NCBI GenBank assembly: GCA_014239775.1
Contig: JAAZYG010000023.1
Span: 223 to 64,222, forward strand
DNA length: 64,000 nt
Source of the DNA: Candidatus Uhrbacteria bacterium
GTDB lineage: Bacteria; Patescibacteriota; Patescibacteriia; UBA9934; GWF2-40-263
Direction: 5' to 3'
The position numbers and the translations under genes were made by a program. Positions 9,413 to 19,326 of this stretch are shown in pieces (position 1 is the stretch's first letter; every line of letters begins with the position of its first letter). The notes beneath the pieces were generated by a model that saw only the letters and a list, made by a program, of their open reading frames with translations, did not search any database and had not been told where the DNA came from.

Positions 9413-10468
9413 ATGCAACTTGAGTCATTTGAAATTGTAAGAGTTCTTTTACTTAGCGCATTTGCTTTTGTTTTTGCTTTTTTATGGGCACCAATGTTAA
9501 TAGTTTGGCTTAATAAGTTTAAAATGGGTAAGTCTATTAGAGCTGTTAGTGATGCACCTATTTTTGCAAAATTACATGCCAAAAAGCAAGGAACTCCAAC
9601 GATGGGCGGTATATTAATATGGGTCACTGTATTTGTAATGGCAATTGTTTTGAACAAAATTGCACCATTATTTCCTGCTGACTCAATGCTGTCTAAGTTA
9701 AATTTTTTATCTAGATCAGAAACCTTGTTGCCACTTGGTGCTCTTGTTGCATCTGCTATTGTTGGATTCATTGATGATTATTTTAATGTAAAAGGAATTG
9801 GTCCAAAAGGTGGGGGATTGAGAATGCGTCATAGATTGGCAATATATACGTTTATTGCCATAATTGGTGCTTGGTGGTTTAGAGTGAAACTTGATTGGGA
9901 TTTGTTGCATGTTCCGTTTATAGGGGATTTTAATATCGGTATTTGGTATGTGCCATTTTTTATTTTTGTAATTGTTGCAACAGCTTTTTCAGTTAATGAA
10001 GCAGATGGTCTGGATGGTTTGGCTGGTGGCACACTTCTTACATCTTTTGCTTCTTTTGCAATTATTTCATTTGCACAAGGAAGATATGATTTGGCTGTAT
10101 TTTGTGGTGTTATTTTAGGTGCTTTACTTGCGTTTTTATGGTTTAACATAAACCCTGCATCATTTTTTATGGGTGACACAGGTGCAATGTCACTTGGTGT
10201 TACATTGGGGATTGTTGCAATGCTTACAAATTCAGCTTTACTTTTACCAATAATTGGTTTTGTTTTTGTTATGGAGTCTGCGTCTGTGTTGTCACAAATT
10301 GTTTCCAAAAGAGTCTTTAAAAGAAAATTATTTAAATCCGCACCGTTTCATCATCATTTGGAAGCAATTGGTTGGCCAGAACCACAAATAGTCATGAGAC
10401 TATGGGTGGTGTCTATGGTATTTGCTTCTATTGGTGTGTCTTTGGCGTTGCTTGATGCCTTAATGTAA
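9413..10468 (+). CDS. mraY: Phospho-N-acetylmuramoyl-pentapeptide transferase
   Basis: KQGTPTMGG, GFIDDY, DGLDGLA, FMGDTG, APFHHHLE. Confidence 0.96.
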   Translation: MQLESFEIVRVLLLSAFAFVFAFLWAPMLIVWLNKFKMGKSIRAVSDAPIFAKLHAKKQGTPTMGGILIWVTVFVMAIVLNKIAPLFPADSMLSKLNFLSRSETLLPLGALVASAIVGFIDDYFNVKGIGPKGGGLRMRHRLAIYTFIAIIGAWWFRVKLDWDLLHVPFIGDFNIGIWYVPFFIFVIVATAFSVNEADGLDGLAGGTLLTSFASFAIISFAQGRYDLAVFCGVILGALLAFLWFNINPASFFMGDTGAMSLGVTLGIVAMLTNSALLLPIIGFVFVMESASVLSQIVSKRVFKRKLFKSAPFHHHLEAIGWPEPQIVMRLWVVSMVFASIGVSLALLDALM

Positions 10469-10470
10469 AA

Positions 10471-11580
10471 ATGCGTAAATCATCTGGAGTCATTGATAAC
10501 ATGTTGTTGGGGGTCGTTGTAACGATCATTGTTTTTGGATTAATAATGCTTTTATCTGCATCTGGTCCAAGTGGGTATACTCAATTTTCAGATAGTTATT
10601 ATTTTGTTAAGCATCAAATTATTTTTGGTTTAATTCCTGGCGTTGCTGCAATGTTGATGTTTTCTCATATTCCATATACGTTTTGGAAAAAACATGCATG
10701 GCATTTATTGCTTATATCAATAACATTGTTGTTATTGGTCTTTATTCCAGGTTTGTCTGCCGGCATCGGTTCAGCACACAGTTGGATTTCAATTGGTGGT
10801 TTTTTCTCATTGCAACCTTCTGAGATTGTAAAACTTACGTTTTTATTTTATTTGGCTGCATGGTTAGGACAAAGATCTCAACATGGTGTTCGTGATGTTC
10901 ATTCTGGTTTATTGCCTTTTGTTCTTGTGTTGGGCTCAGTGTTGGTACTACTAATTCTTCAGCCTGACATAGGTACAATGTCTATCATTGCTGGCATGTC
11001 TTTGATGGTTTATTTTGTTGCAGGTGCACCAATTGCATATGTATTAGGTTTTATTATTGCTGGCATTTCAGCTTTTGCACTACTTATTAAGGCTGCGCCA
11101 TATAGAGCAGCAAGGTTTACTACATTTTTACACCCCGAACTTGACCCACAAGGAATCGGGTACCATATAAATCAATCATTATTAGCAATTGGTTCTGGTG
11201 GAATGTTTGGTGTTGGTTATGGAAGATCGCGTCAAAAATTTCAATACTTACCAGAGGTATCAAGTGATTCTATTTTTGCCATCATAGGAGAGGAGCTTGG
11301 ATTATTAATATCTGTTGCAACAATTGCTGCATTCCTGTTTTTATTATGGAGAATTATTAGGATCGCCAAGCATGCACCAGATAAGTTTGCTAAGTATGTG
11401 GTTGTTGGTGTTGGTTCCTGGATTGTATTACAGGCATTTGTAAATATTGGTTCAATGGTGGCACTATTACCAATAACAGGTGTTCCGTTGCCATTTATTA
11501 GTTATGGAGGTACAGCTTTAGCTGTATCAATGGCAGCAATCGGTGTTGTTTTAAATATATCTAGGTATACTAGAAAATAA
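10471..11580 (+). CDS. ftsW: SEDS peptidoglycan glycosyltransferase FtsW
   Basis: LQPSEIVK, LQPDIGT, YLPE..SDSIFAIIGEELG, PITGVPLPFISYGG. Confidence 0.93.
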   Translation: MRKSSGVIDNMLLGVVVTIIVFGLIMLLSASGPSGYTQFSDSYYFVKHQIIFGLIPGVAAMLMFSHIPYTFWKKHAWHLLLISITLLLLVFIPGLSAGIGSAHSWISIGGFFSLQPSEIVKLTFLFYLAAWLGQRSQHGVRDVHSGLLPFVLVLGSVLVLLILQPDIGTMSIIAGMSLMVYFVAGAPIAYVLGFIIAGISAFALLIKAAPYRAARFTTFLHPELDPQGIGYHINQSLLAIGSGGMFGVGYGRSRQKFQYLPEVSSDSIFAIIGEELGLLISVATIAAFLFLLWRIIRIAKHAPDKFAKYVVVGVGSWIVLQAFVNIGSMVALLPITGVPLPFISYGGTALAVSMAAIGVVLNISRYTRK

Positions 11581-11583
11581 TAT

Positions 11584-12639
11584 ATGAAAATATTATTTAC
11601 AGGTGGTGGCACGATGGGGCCAGTTACACCACTTTTATCAATAGTCGAATCTCTTCGTTTGCATAATGAAAAGTCTGAGTTTGTATGGATAGGTACACCA
11701 AATGGCCCTGAAGCAAATGTTATTAAAAATTATGACATACCTTTTTTTGATTTACCTGTTGCAAGGCTTCCAAGGTATGTATCTGTTGAGTGGTTAATGC
11801 TGCCTTATAACCTGTTGGTTGCTTTTATAAAAGCTGCAAGGATTGTGTATAAAGAAAAACCAGACCTTATAGCGTCTGCAGGAGGATATACAAGTGTACC
11901 AGTTGTGATTGTTGGTAGAATATTACGTATCCCAGTTTGGATTCATCAGCAGGATGTTTTGCCTATTTTAACAAATAAAATATGTGCACCTTTTGCCAAT
12001 TTAATTACAGTAGCATTTGAAAAGAGTCTTGGTGATTTTCCAAAAAACAAGACAGAACTCGTTGGGAACCCAGTAAGAGGATCTTTGTTTTCTGGTAAAG
12101 AAGAAAATGCAGTTAAGTTGTTTGGGTTAAATGCAGATAAATTAACTGTTCTTGTTTTGGGTGGAGGATCTGGTTCTAAATGGATTAATGATGCAATGCT
12201 TGAAATAGGTGAAGATATAACTTCTGTTGCGAATGTAATACATATTACTGGTGTAGGTAAAAGAAATAGTGCATTGAATGATTTTGCTGACTACACTGCT
12301 GTGGAATTTTTATCAAATGAAATGAAAGATGTTCTTGCGGTTGCAGATTTGGTGGTTGGTAGAGGTGGAATGGGCATGATTACTGAATTATCAGCATTAT
12401 CTAAGCCTTCAATTTTAATTCCTTTACCCAATTCTCCTCAGAAGTACAATGTAGATATTTTAGGAGATGCAGTTGTTGTATTTGATCAGAGTAGGTCAGT
12501 TAATGATTTAAAATATACAATTCTAGAATTGCTAGAGGATAACGAAGAAAGGTTTAGGCTTTCATCAAAAATTAAAAAGATTTTGAAAACAAATATATCT
12601 GAGGAATTAATAATACTTTTAAAACGATTAGTTAAATAA
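11584..12639 (+). CDS. murG: MurG glycosyltransferase
   Basis: TGGGTMGPV, GGYTSVP, GNPVR, GGGSGS; follows mraY-ftsW. Confidence 0.92.
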   Translation: MKILFTGGGTMGPVTPLLSIVESLRLHNEKSEFVWIGTPNGPEANVIKNYDIPFFDLPVARLPRYVSVEWLMLPYNLLVAFIKAARIVYKEKPDLIASAGGYTSVPVVIVGRILRIPVWIHQQDVLPILTNKICAPFANLITVAFEKSLGDFPKNKTELVGNPVRGSLFSGKEENAVKLFGLNADKLTVLVLGGGSGSKWINDAMLEIGEDITSVANVIHITGVGKRNSALNDFADYTAVEFLSNEMKDVLAVADLVVGRGGMGMITELSALSKPSILIPLPNSPQKYNVDILGDAVVVFDQSRSVNDLKYTILELLEDNEERFRLSSKIKKILKTNISEELIILLKRLVK

Positions 12640-12669
12640 AATACACATCATGATTGATGTGTATTTTTT
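12638..12669. terminator. Bidirectional terminator between murG and antisense microprotein
   Basis: aaaatacacatca-tgat-tgatgtgtatttt perfect stem. Confidence 0.75.
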
Positions 12670-12690
12670 ATGTTTGTTTAATAACCTAGT

Positions 12691-12810
12691 TTATTCTTCA
12701 CTAGATGATTCTTCTGAAGATTCGTTGCTTGAACAGTTTGTGCATGTTCCAGCTTCGTTTACTTCCACCTCAGTTGCGCTACATGATGAGCATGATCCTG
12801 CATTTTCCAT
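12691..12810 (-). CDS. 39-aa CxxC...CxxC acidic microprotein
   Basis: MENAGSCSSCSATEVEVNEAGTCTNCSSNESSEESSSEE; TATAAT upstream, terminator downstream. Confidence 0.65.
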   Translation of the reverse strand: MENAGSCSSCSATEVEVNEAGTCTNCSSNESSEESSSEE

Positions 12811-12895
12811 AGTGTGTATACATTATTAATTAACAGATATTATTATACAGCCTGTTACATTACGTGCAACAAAGTTAGTCACAGTGGTATGTGTA

Positions 12896-12926
12896 TAAAA
12901 ACACAGCAGATAAGTGCTGTGTTTTT
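12896..12926 (-). terminator. Terminator after tRNA-Lys
   Basis: aaaaacacagca/tgctgtgttttt stem. Confidence 0.7.
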
Positions 12927-12927
12927 A

Positions 12928-13002
12928 TGGTGCGCCGGGTGGGATTCGAACCCACGACCTTAGGCTTAAAAGGCCTCTGCTCTACCCCTGAGCTACCAGC
13001 GC
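12928..13002 (-). tRNA. tRNA-Lys(UUU)
   Basis: GCGCTGG/CCGGCGC acceptor stem, anticodon loop CTTTTAA, GTTCGAATC T-loop, encoded CCA. Confidence 0.95.
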
Positions 13003-13128
13003 ATAATGTAACTATTTATAGTTTTTATTCAAGCGGAGAAAATATATCAAACTTTCGTTGCTTTGACAACCTGGTATAGCAATAACAGATCTATAAAAAA
13101 TGACACTATGGTACAATAATAAAATATT

Positions 13129-15783
13129 ATGTCTAAAAATAACGATCTTTGGTACACATTAAATCCAGATGATGTACTTAATAAATTTAGTTCGGGTGAT
13201 AGTGGTCTTAAGGATTCTCAAGTAGACTCTCTACAAAAAAAATATGGATTGAACGAGCTTCCAAAAGAGAAACCACTTGAGTGGTGGTCTGTTTTATATG
13301 GTCAGTTTACAAGTCCATTGATTTCAATATTAGCAGTTGCGGCTGGTATAAGTTTTGCTCTTGGTGAAATGGTTGATGCAGGTGTTATTGCTGCTGCTGT
13401 CTTACTTAATACAATTATTGGATTTGTTCAGGAGTTTAAGGCAAGTCGTGCGCTTGAACAGTTGCAGTCTTTAGTACAACCAAATGCATTAGTGTTGCGT
13501 GCAGGAAAGAAGATTAAGGTAAAAGCACAAGAGCTTGTTCCAGGAGATATTCTTATATTAAATACAGGCGATCAGGTAACAGCAGATGCTAGATTAATAC
13601 AGTTACAGGAATTAAAAATAAATGAAGCTGCTTTAACTGGTGAGTCAATGGCAGTAGATAAAACAATAAAACCACTAGATAAAGGTGTTGTTTTGGCTGA
13701 CAGAACAAATATGGTCTATGCGGGCACAAGTGTTGTTGGTGGACGTGCACAGGCCGTTGTTGTTGCTACAGGTATAAATACTCAGATTGGTGAGATTGCA
13801 AAATTGGTGTCCACAACAGAAGAAGTAAAGACACCACTACAAGAGCAGTTGGCAAGACTTTCAAAATGGATAGCTATATTTGTTGGTGTAATAACTGTAG
13901 GTTTATTTGTTCTTGGTGTATTTATGGGTCATGGTTTGGTTGAAATGTTTGAGATGAGTGTTGCGTTAGCTGTTGCTGCTATTCCAGAAGGTTTGATAGT
14001 TTCCATGACCATAATTTTAGCTATTGGAATGCAACGGATTTTAAAGCGTAGGTCCCTGGTTAGACGTTTGGTTGCTGCTGAGACTTTGGGAAGTGTTTCT
14101 GTAATTTGTACTGACAAAACAGGTACTATTACAGAGGGTGAGATGAGGGTTACTCATCTTGTTACTTACGATCAGATTTATAATGTTTCAGAAATTGAGG
14201 TTCTAAGTAAATACAGCACAGCTGAAAAAATGGTTTTAATTTCAGCATTGTGTAACGATGCGCAGATTACATCAGAAAAAGGAAAGACTGAATATTCTGG
14301 CAATCCAACAGAAAGAGCGTTGTTGCAGTTGGTTCAAGATTTACATGGTTTGCCAGAAAATGTACAAAAACAAAATAAAAGAACTGCAGAAATTCCTTTT
14401 GATTCAAAGTACAAGTACATGGCAACTGTGAATGAGATAGGAAAAGGCCATGAAATGTTAGTAAAAGGAGCATCTGATCGTATTATAGATTTTTGCTCTA
14501 AAGTATTGATTTCAGGAAAAGAGAAGCGTCTTACAAAAGTTCAAAAGGAAAAGATACAGAAACAGATAGAAGAACTTTCGTCACAAGGTTTGAGGCTTTT
14601 GGCATTTGCATATAAACCGTTAAAATCTTCACCTAAAAAAATTGATGCAAGTGACATGTCAGATTTGGTATTTTTAGGACTTGTTGGGTTAAGTGATCCT
14701 TTAAGAAAAGAAGCAAAAGAACAAATTGAGCAAGCACGTCTAGCTGGAGTTCATACAGTTGTAATAACAGGGGATCATCCAAAAACTGCATCTGTTATTG
14801 CATCTGAAGCTGGTATTAAGGTTACAGAGAAAGGTGTTGTGACTGGAGTTGATCTTGATGGGTGGACAGATAAAGAATTTCAAAAACGTGTCAAAAATAT
14901 CACGGTCTATGCAAGGGTGGAGCCAAAACATAAGATACGCATAGTAAATGCGTGGCAAAAAGAGGATGCTGTTGTTGCTATGACCGGTGACGGTGTAAAT
15001 GACGCACCTGCATTAAAGGCTGCTAATATTGGTATTGCTGTTGGTTCTGGAACAGAAGTTGCCAAGCAAGCATCAGATCTTGTCTTACTTGATAATAACT
15101 TAGGAACAATCACATCTGCAATTGAAGAAGGTCGTGTAATTTTTGATAATATAAGAAAATCAACTGTATACTTAATGGCAGATAGTTTTACTGAGATTGT
15201 GTTGATTGGCGGCTCACTTATGATGGGACTTCCGATTCCTCTTTTGCCAGCACAAATTTTGTGGATCAACTTGGTTGCAGACAGTTTTCCAAATATTGGT
15301 TTGACTCTTGAGCCAGGTGAGAAGGATGTAATGAAAATACCTCCAAGACCAAGGTCAGAGCCTGTATTAAATAAAGATATGATCAGTATCATATTTATCA
15401 TCGGTATTGTCACTGATTTAATTTTATTTGTAATGTATGTGTGGTTATTAGGTGAATATGAAAGTGTTGAGTCTGTTAGATCTATAATGTTTGCGGCCGT
15501 TGGAATTGATTCTTTGTTGTATATTTTTGCTGTAAAGAGTTTTAGAAAAACAATCTTTAGGATTAATCCATTTTCTAATTTATGGCTTATTGCCGGTGTT
15601 TTAGTTGGATTTGCTTTAATGCTACTTGCATTAATACATCCATTCTTTCAAACAATCTTTGAGGTTACGCCTCTTAAACCATCAGATTGGGGCTTGTTAC
15701 TTATGATAGGTGTGTTAAAGTTAGTTGCGATAGAGATCGCAAAAGAATGGTTTATTGTTAGAGACAAGAAGAAATCTAACTAA
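13129..15783 (+). CDS. P-type cation-transporting ATPase (type IIA, Ca2+-like)
   Basis: LTGES, AIPEGL, CTDKTGT, MTGDGVNDAPAL. Confidence 0.95.
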   Translation: MSKNNDLWYTLNPDDVLNKFSSGDSGLKDSQVDSLQKKYGLNELPKEKPLEWWSVLYGQFTSPLISILAVAAGISFALGEMVDAGVIAAAVLLNTIIGFVQEFKASRALEQLQSLVQPNALVLRAGKKIKVKAQELVPGDILILNTGDQVTADARLIQLQELKINEAALTGESMAVDKTIKPLDKGVVLADRTNMVYAGTSVVGGRAQAVVVATGINTQIGEIAKLVSTTEEVKTPLQEQLARLSKWIAIFVGVITVGLFVLGVFMGHGLVEMFEMSVALAVAAIPEGLIVSMTIILAIGMQRILKRRSLVRRLVAAETLGSVSVICTDKTGTITEGEMRVTHLVTYDQIYNVSEIEVLSKYSTAEKMVLISALCNDAQITSEKGKTEYSGNPTERALLQLVQDLHGLPENVQKQNKRTAEIPFDSKYKYMATVNEIGKGHEMLVKGASDRIIDFCSKVLISGKEKRLTKVQKEKIQKQIEELSSQGLRLLAFAYKPLKSSPKKIDASDMSDLVFLGLVGLSDPLRKEAKEQIEQARLAGVHTVVITGDHPKTASVIASEAGIKVTEKGVVTGVDLDGWTDKEFQKRVKNITVYARVEPKHKIRIVNAWQKEDAVVAMTGDGVNDAPALKAANIGIAVGSGTEVAKQASDLVLLDNNLGTITSAIEEGRVIFDNIRKSTVYLMADSFTEIVLIGGSLMMGLPIPLLPAQILWINLVADSFPNIGLTLEPGEKDVMKIPPRPRSEPVLNKDMISIIFIIGIVTDLILFVMYVWLLGEYESVESVRSIMFAAVGIDSLLYIFAVKSFRKTIFRINPFSNLWLIAGVLVGFALMLLALIHPFFQTIFEVTPLKPSDWGLLLMIGVLKLVAIEIAKEWFIVRDKKKSN

Positions 15784-15797
15784 TTTAAGTAAAAGTT

Positions 15798-15947
15798 ATG
15801 ATCAAAGTAAGATATGCTCGATCTATTGCAAAATATTTGCGTAGACAAAAGTCAGTAATCAGAAGAAACACTGAAAACAAAGAAGAGCAAAACAAATTAA
15901 TAGAGGAACTTATTGCCAGAGTAAATGAGTCCTTGGGAATTAAATGA
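15798..15947 (+). CDS. 49-aa basic helical microprotein
   Basis: MIKVRYARSIAKYLRRQKSVIRRNTENKEEQNKLIEELIARVNESLGIK; stop overlaps next start (ATGA). Confidence 0.65.
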   Translation: MIKVRYARSIAKYLRRQKSVIRRNTENKEEQNKLIEELIARVNESLGIK

Positions 15948-16516
15948 AGTTACCTAGCATTTTTAAGTCAATTAAAAAAACCAAACAAACTCGTGACAAA
16001 AATCGTCGCGAGTTGATTGGTTCCTCAAATCAAGCACTTAATATGTCCAAGAGGGCTATTTTTGCTTTACACAGAGGTGATAGAAAACAATCAGATAAGT
16101 TGTTGAATGGAGCGTGTGTGTTGTTTAAACAAAGTGAAAAATTATTTATACGTTTTCCAGAGCTTGCATATGAAGGTGCATATAAAGCGGCTTTAGAGGA
16201 ATATTCTGAAGCATTATTATTTAGTGGTTATTTAAAAAATGGAAAGCTTGGATCTATTGATAAACGCGCAATGTCAGCAGATATTTATATTGCTGGTTTG
16301 TGCGATACAACCGGTGAGATTGTAAGGTATGCATTAAAGTCTATTACAAGTGGAGATGTAAAATCATTAAAGCATGCATATGACACAGTTGAGAGTGTTG
16401 TTGAGTTTTTGTTGGAGCTTGATTTGACTGGTTATTTACGTACAAAATTTGATCAATCAAAGAAGAATTTAAGAAAATTAGAGGAGATGTCATATGACAT
16501 ATCCATCAGAAAATAA
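15944..16516 (+). CDS. Translin/TRAX (C3PO-like) family protein
   Basis: RRELI..S....SKRAIFALHRG, ALEEYSEA, YIAGLCDTTGEIVR, LRTKFD. Confidence 0.82.
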   Translation: MKLPSIFKSIKKTKQTRDKNRRELIGSSNQALNMSKRAIFALHRGDRKQSDKLLNGACVLFKQSEKLFIRFPELAYEGAYKAALEEYSEALLFSGYLKNGKLGSIDKRAMSADIYIAGLCDTTGEIVRYALKSITSGDVKSLKHAYDTVESVVEFLLELDLTGYLRTKFDQSKKNLRKLEEMSYDISIRK

Positions 16517-17180
16517 TTCAGATAATCCATGGATCTATCGTCGTGATGAGATAGATCTTTTAGAAGACGAAATAGAAGATATTTATACTAGGTTTAATGG
16601 TGGCAAATCTGGCACATATGAAGAGCAGTCTGTTATTGAAGAACAGATGGAAACAGAGGACCTTTCTGATTTAGAATTAACTTTTTTACAAAGTGCGGAC
16701 ACATTAGAAAATAAGCACATTTCTGATAATTGTGCATATTTAGAATTAGAAGACATTTTATCTTTAAGGAAGATGCTTGAAGAACAAGTTCAAAGAGATC
16801 CTTTATATTCAGAATCATTTTTATGGGCAGATACTGTGTTTAAATTTGCTAAGCGCGAATATAATTCAGGAATTAATCGTTCAAAGGAAATGTTTAGAAT
16901 CTATTTGAATGTAAAAATGGTTCCAATAAAACTATCCATAACCAGATCTGAGGATGGGGTTCTGGATTCTATTTTGCTAGATATAATTGAGAAGGAATAT
17001 GGTCTTGCTTTAACATATATTGAACGGGTCATAGAGTCATTAGAGCGTTTAGTTATTGATTATGAGTATGAGACAAGAAAACTGTTGTTTGGTGCATATA
17101 AAGTACGTTCAAAGATCATTCAAGAAATAGACCGAATTCAAAAAAACAAAGGTAAAAAAGGAAAAAATGGATTGTTATGA
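16494..17180 (+). CDS. Hypothetical acidic helical protein
   Basis: 228-aa ORF overlapping both neighbours. Confidence 0.7.
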   Translation: MTYPSENNSDNPWIYRRDEIDLLEDEIEDIYTRFNGGKSGTYEEQSVIEEQMETEDLSDLELTFLQSADTLENKHISDNCAYLELEDILSLRKMLEEQVQRDPLYSESFLWADTVFKFAKREYNSGINRSKEMFRIYLNVKMVPIKLSITRSEDGVLDSILLDIIEKEYGLALTYIERVIESLERLVIDYEYETRKLLFGAYKVRSKIIQEIDRIQKNKGKKGKNGLL

Positions 17181-17836
17181 GTATTAAAATTGTTGCAATC
17201 ATACCTGCACATAATGAGGAACAGACAGTTGCAAATGTTATTAGAGTTTTGAAACAATCCAAAGAAATAAATGAGATAATAGTTGTTTCTGATGGTTCGA
17301 CCGATAAAACAACAGAAGTTTCAGTTCAAGCTGGTGCTACAGTCTATTCATTAAAACATCAGGGTGGTAAAGGGGAGGCATTAATGTATGCTCTTAAAAA
17401 AACAGATGCAGATATAATTGTATTTTTTGATGCCGATTTAATTGGGCTTAATGAAGAATCGGTTAGCAAGTTAATAAAACCTGTTGTTAGTGGTGAAAAG
17501 GTGATGAATGTCGGATTAAGAGATCGTGGACGGATCGGCATCGCCATAGCAAGACACATGCCTTTGATTAGTGGAGAAAGGGCATTGAAACGAGAAATAC
17601 TTGAAGCAATACCAGACAAGTATATGAACGGATTTATGATCGAGACCGCTCTTAATTATTATTGCAGAAGCCATGGGTTTTCATATGGCACTATTGTTCT
17701 TAAAGGTGTTACCATCAGACGTAAATATCAGAAGGTAAATTTGCTTACAGCTATGATACAATATGTAAAAATGTTTATTGACGTAGCAAAAGCTATGCTA
17801 ATTGTTAGATCAGCAAGATTATTTGGGAAATTTTAA
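17177..17836 (+). CDS. Glycosyltransferase family 2
   Basis: IIPAHNEE, VSDGSTDKT, GKGEA, FFDAD. Confidence 0.9.
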   Translation: MSIKIVAIIPAHNEEQTVANVIRVLKQSKEINEIIVVSDGSTDKTTEVSVQAGATVYSLKHQGGKGEALMYALKKTDADIIVFFDADLIGLNEESVSKLIKPVVSGEKVMNVGLRDRGRIGIAIARHMPLISGERALKREILEAIPDKYMNGFMIETALNYYCRSHGFSYGTIVLKGVTIRRKYQKVNLLTAMIQYVKMFIDVAKAMLIVRSARLFGKF

Positions 17837-17841
17837 ATATT

Positions 17842-19320
17842 ATGTCATTAGATTTATCAAAAATAGAGAATTTTCAAGATGCAATTGTGACTGTTATGGG
17901 ACTTGGTCGTTTTAAACAGGGCAGTGGTGTTGGTGCTGCCAAATGGTTGATGAGACATGGTGCACAAATTGTAATAACCGATTTAAAATCAGAGGAAGAA
18001 TTAAGGGAGTCTGTTGAAGAAATTACAAAATGGTACTCAGAATATCGTAAAACGTGTGTTGATTGTCCAATTTATCCACCAGTCTTTGTGTTAGGTGAGC
18101 ACCATGATGAAGATTTTATGAATGTAGATTTGGTTTTACAGAATCCTGGTGTTCCAAGAGAATCTGAGTTTGTTAAAATTGCAAAAGATCATGGTATTTC
18201 TGTTGAAAGTGACGTTTCTTTATTTTTGAAGTATTGCCCATTTCCAGTCATAAGTATTACTGGCACACGTGGAAAATCTACAACCACTGCACTTTTGGGT
18301 GAGATGTTAAAACAAGATAATCCAAAAACTGTTATTGCTGGAAACATAACGCGTTCACCTCTTGAAGATCTTGATTGGATATTAAAAGAGACACAACCAG
18401 TGCCAATTATTTTAGAAATGTCTTCTTGGCTTCTTGAAAGTGTTGAAAATATTGATGTCGGACCTGATATTGCTATTTTAACTAACGCATTTAAGGATCA
18501 TTTAGATCGATATGATTCATTTGATCATTATATTCAAGCAAAAAAGATGATTTTTAAGTCTCAGTCTGAAAACCAAATAGCAATATTAAACGCCGATCAA
18601 GCGATTACTGATGATATTGTCAAAGATGTTGTAACAAAAAAGGTGTATTATTTTTCAAATAAACCTTTGAAAGATGGTATGTTCGGAGCTTATTTAGATT
18701 CTAATGTTATTAAGTTAAAGTTTAAGGATGAGGAGCATGAAATCGCATCTGTTTCAGATATTAATATTAAGGGAGATCATAATGTCGTAAATGCATTGTC
18801 TGCATCTTTGGCCGCTTATTTTTCAGGCATAAAAAATGATCAGATTAAAAAAGCATTAGGTTCTTTTTCTGGTTTGCCTGGTAGACAAGAGGTTGTTTCT
18901 GAAGTAAATGACGTTTTGTATGTAAATGACACAACATCTACTTCACCTGAAGGTGTTGGTGCTGCTTTGAGGTATTTTGGTAAAGAAGGAAATGTGGTGC
19001 TTATTGCAGGTGGCTCTTCAAAAGGTTTATCATTTGTTGAGATGGGGCAATTAATTAGAGCAGAGTGTAAGTATGTGGTTTTGTTTGAAGGATCAGCTAC
19101 AAATGATATACAAAAAGCCATAGGTGATAACATTCCAAGTTTAAGAGTTGATTCTATGTCTAAAGCTGTTGAAACAGCGGCTCAGGTTTCTGAGGCAGGA
19201 GATGTTGTTTTATTGTCACCAGGTACATCGAGTTTCGGTATATTTAAAAATGAATTTGATAGAGGCGATCAGTTTGTGAGTCAGGTTAAAAAACTGAAAG
19301 GAGTCAATGATGATAAATAG
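17842..19320 (+). CDS. murD: UDP-MurNAc-L-Ala--D-Glu ligase
   Basis: ITGTRGKSTTT, DHLDRY, YVNDT, VLLSPG..SFG.FKNEFDRG. Confidence 0.93.
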   Translation: MSLDLSKIENFQDAIVTVMGLGRFKQGSGVGAAKWLMRHGAQIVITDLKSEEELRESVEEITKWYSEYRKTCVDCPIYPPVFVLGEHHDEDFMNVDLVLQNPGVPRESEFVKIAKDHGISVESDVSLFLKYCPFPVISITGTRGKSTTTALLGEMLKQDNPKTVIAGNITRSPLEDLDWILKETQPVPIILEMSSWLLESVENIDVGPDIAILTNAFKDHLDRYDSFDHYIQAKKMIFKSQSENQIAILNADQAITDDIVKDVVTKKVYYFSNKPLKDGMFGAYLDSNVIKLKFKDEEHEIASVSDINIKGDHNVVNALSASLAAYFSGIKNDQIKKALGSFSGLPGRQEVVSEVNDVLYVNDTTSTSPEGVGAALRYFGKEGNVVLIAGGSSKGLSFVEMGQLIRAECKYVVLFEGSATNDIQKAIGDNIPSLRVDSMSKAVETAAQVSEAGDVVLLSPGTSSFGIFKNEFDRGDQFVSQVKKLKGVNDDK

Positions 19321-19326
19321 TTGATT

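Noticed and set aside
12891-13079. 62-aa ORF
   Set aside because: It is the antisense reading of tRNA-Lys.
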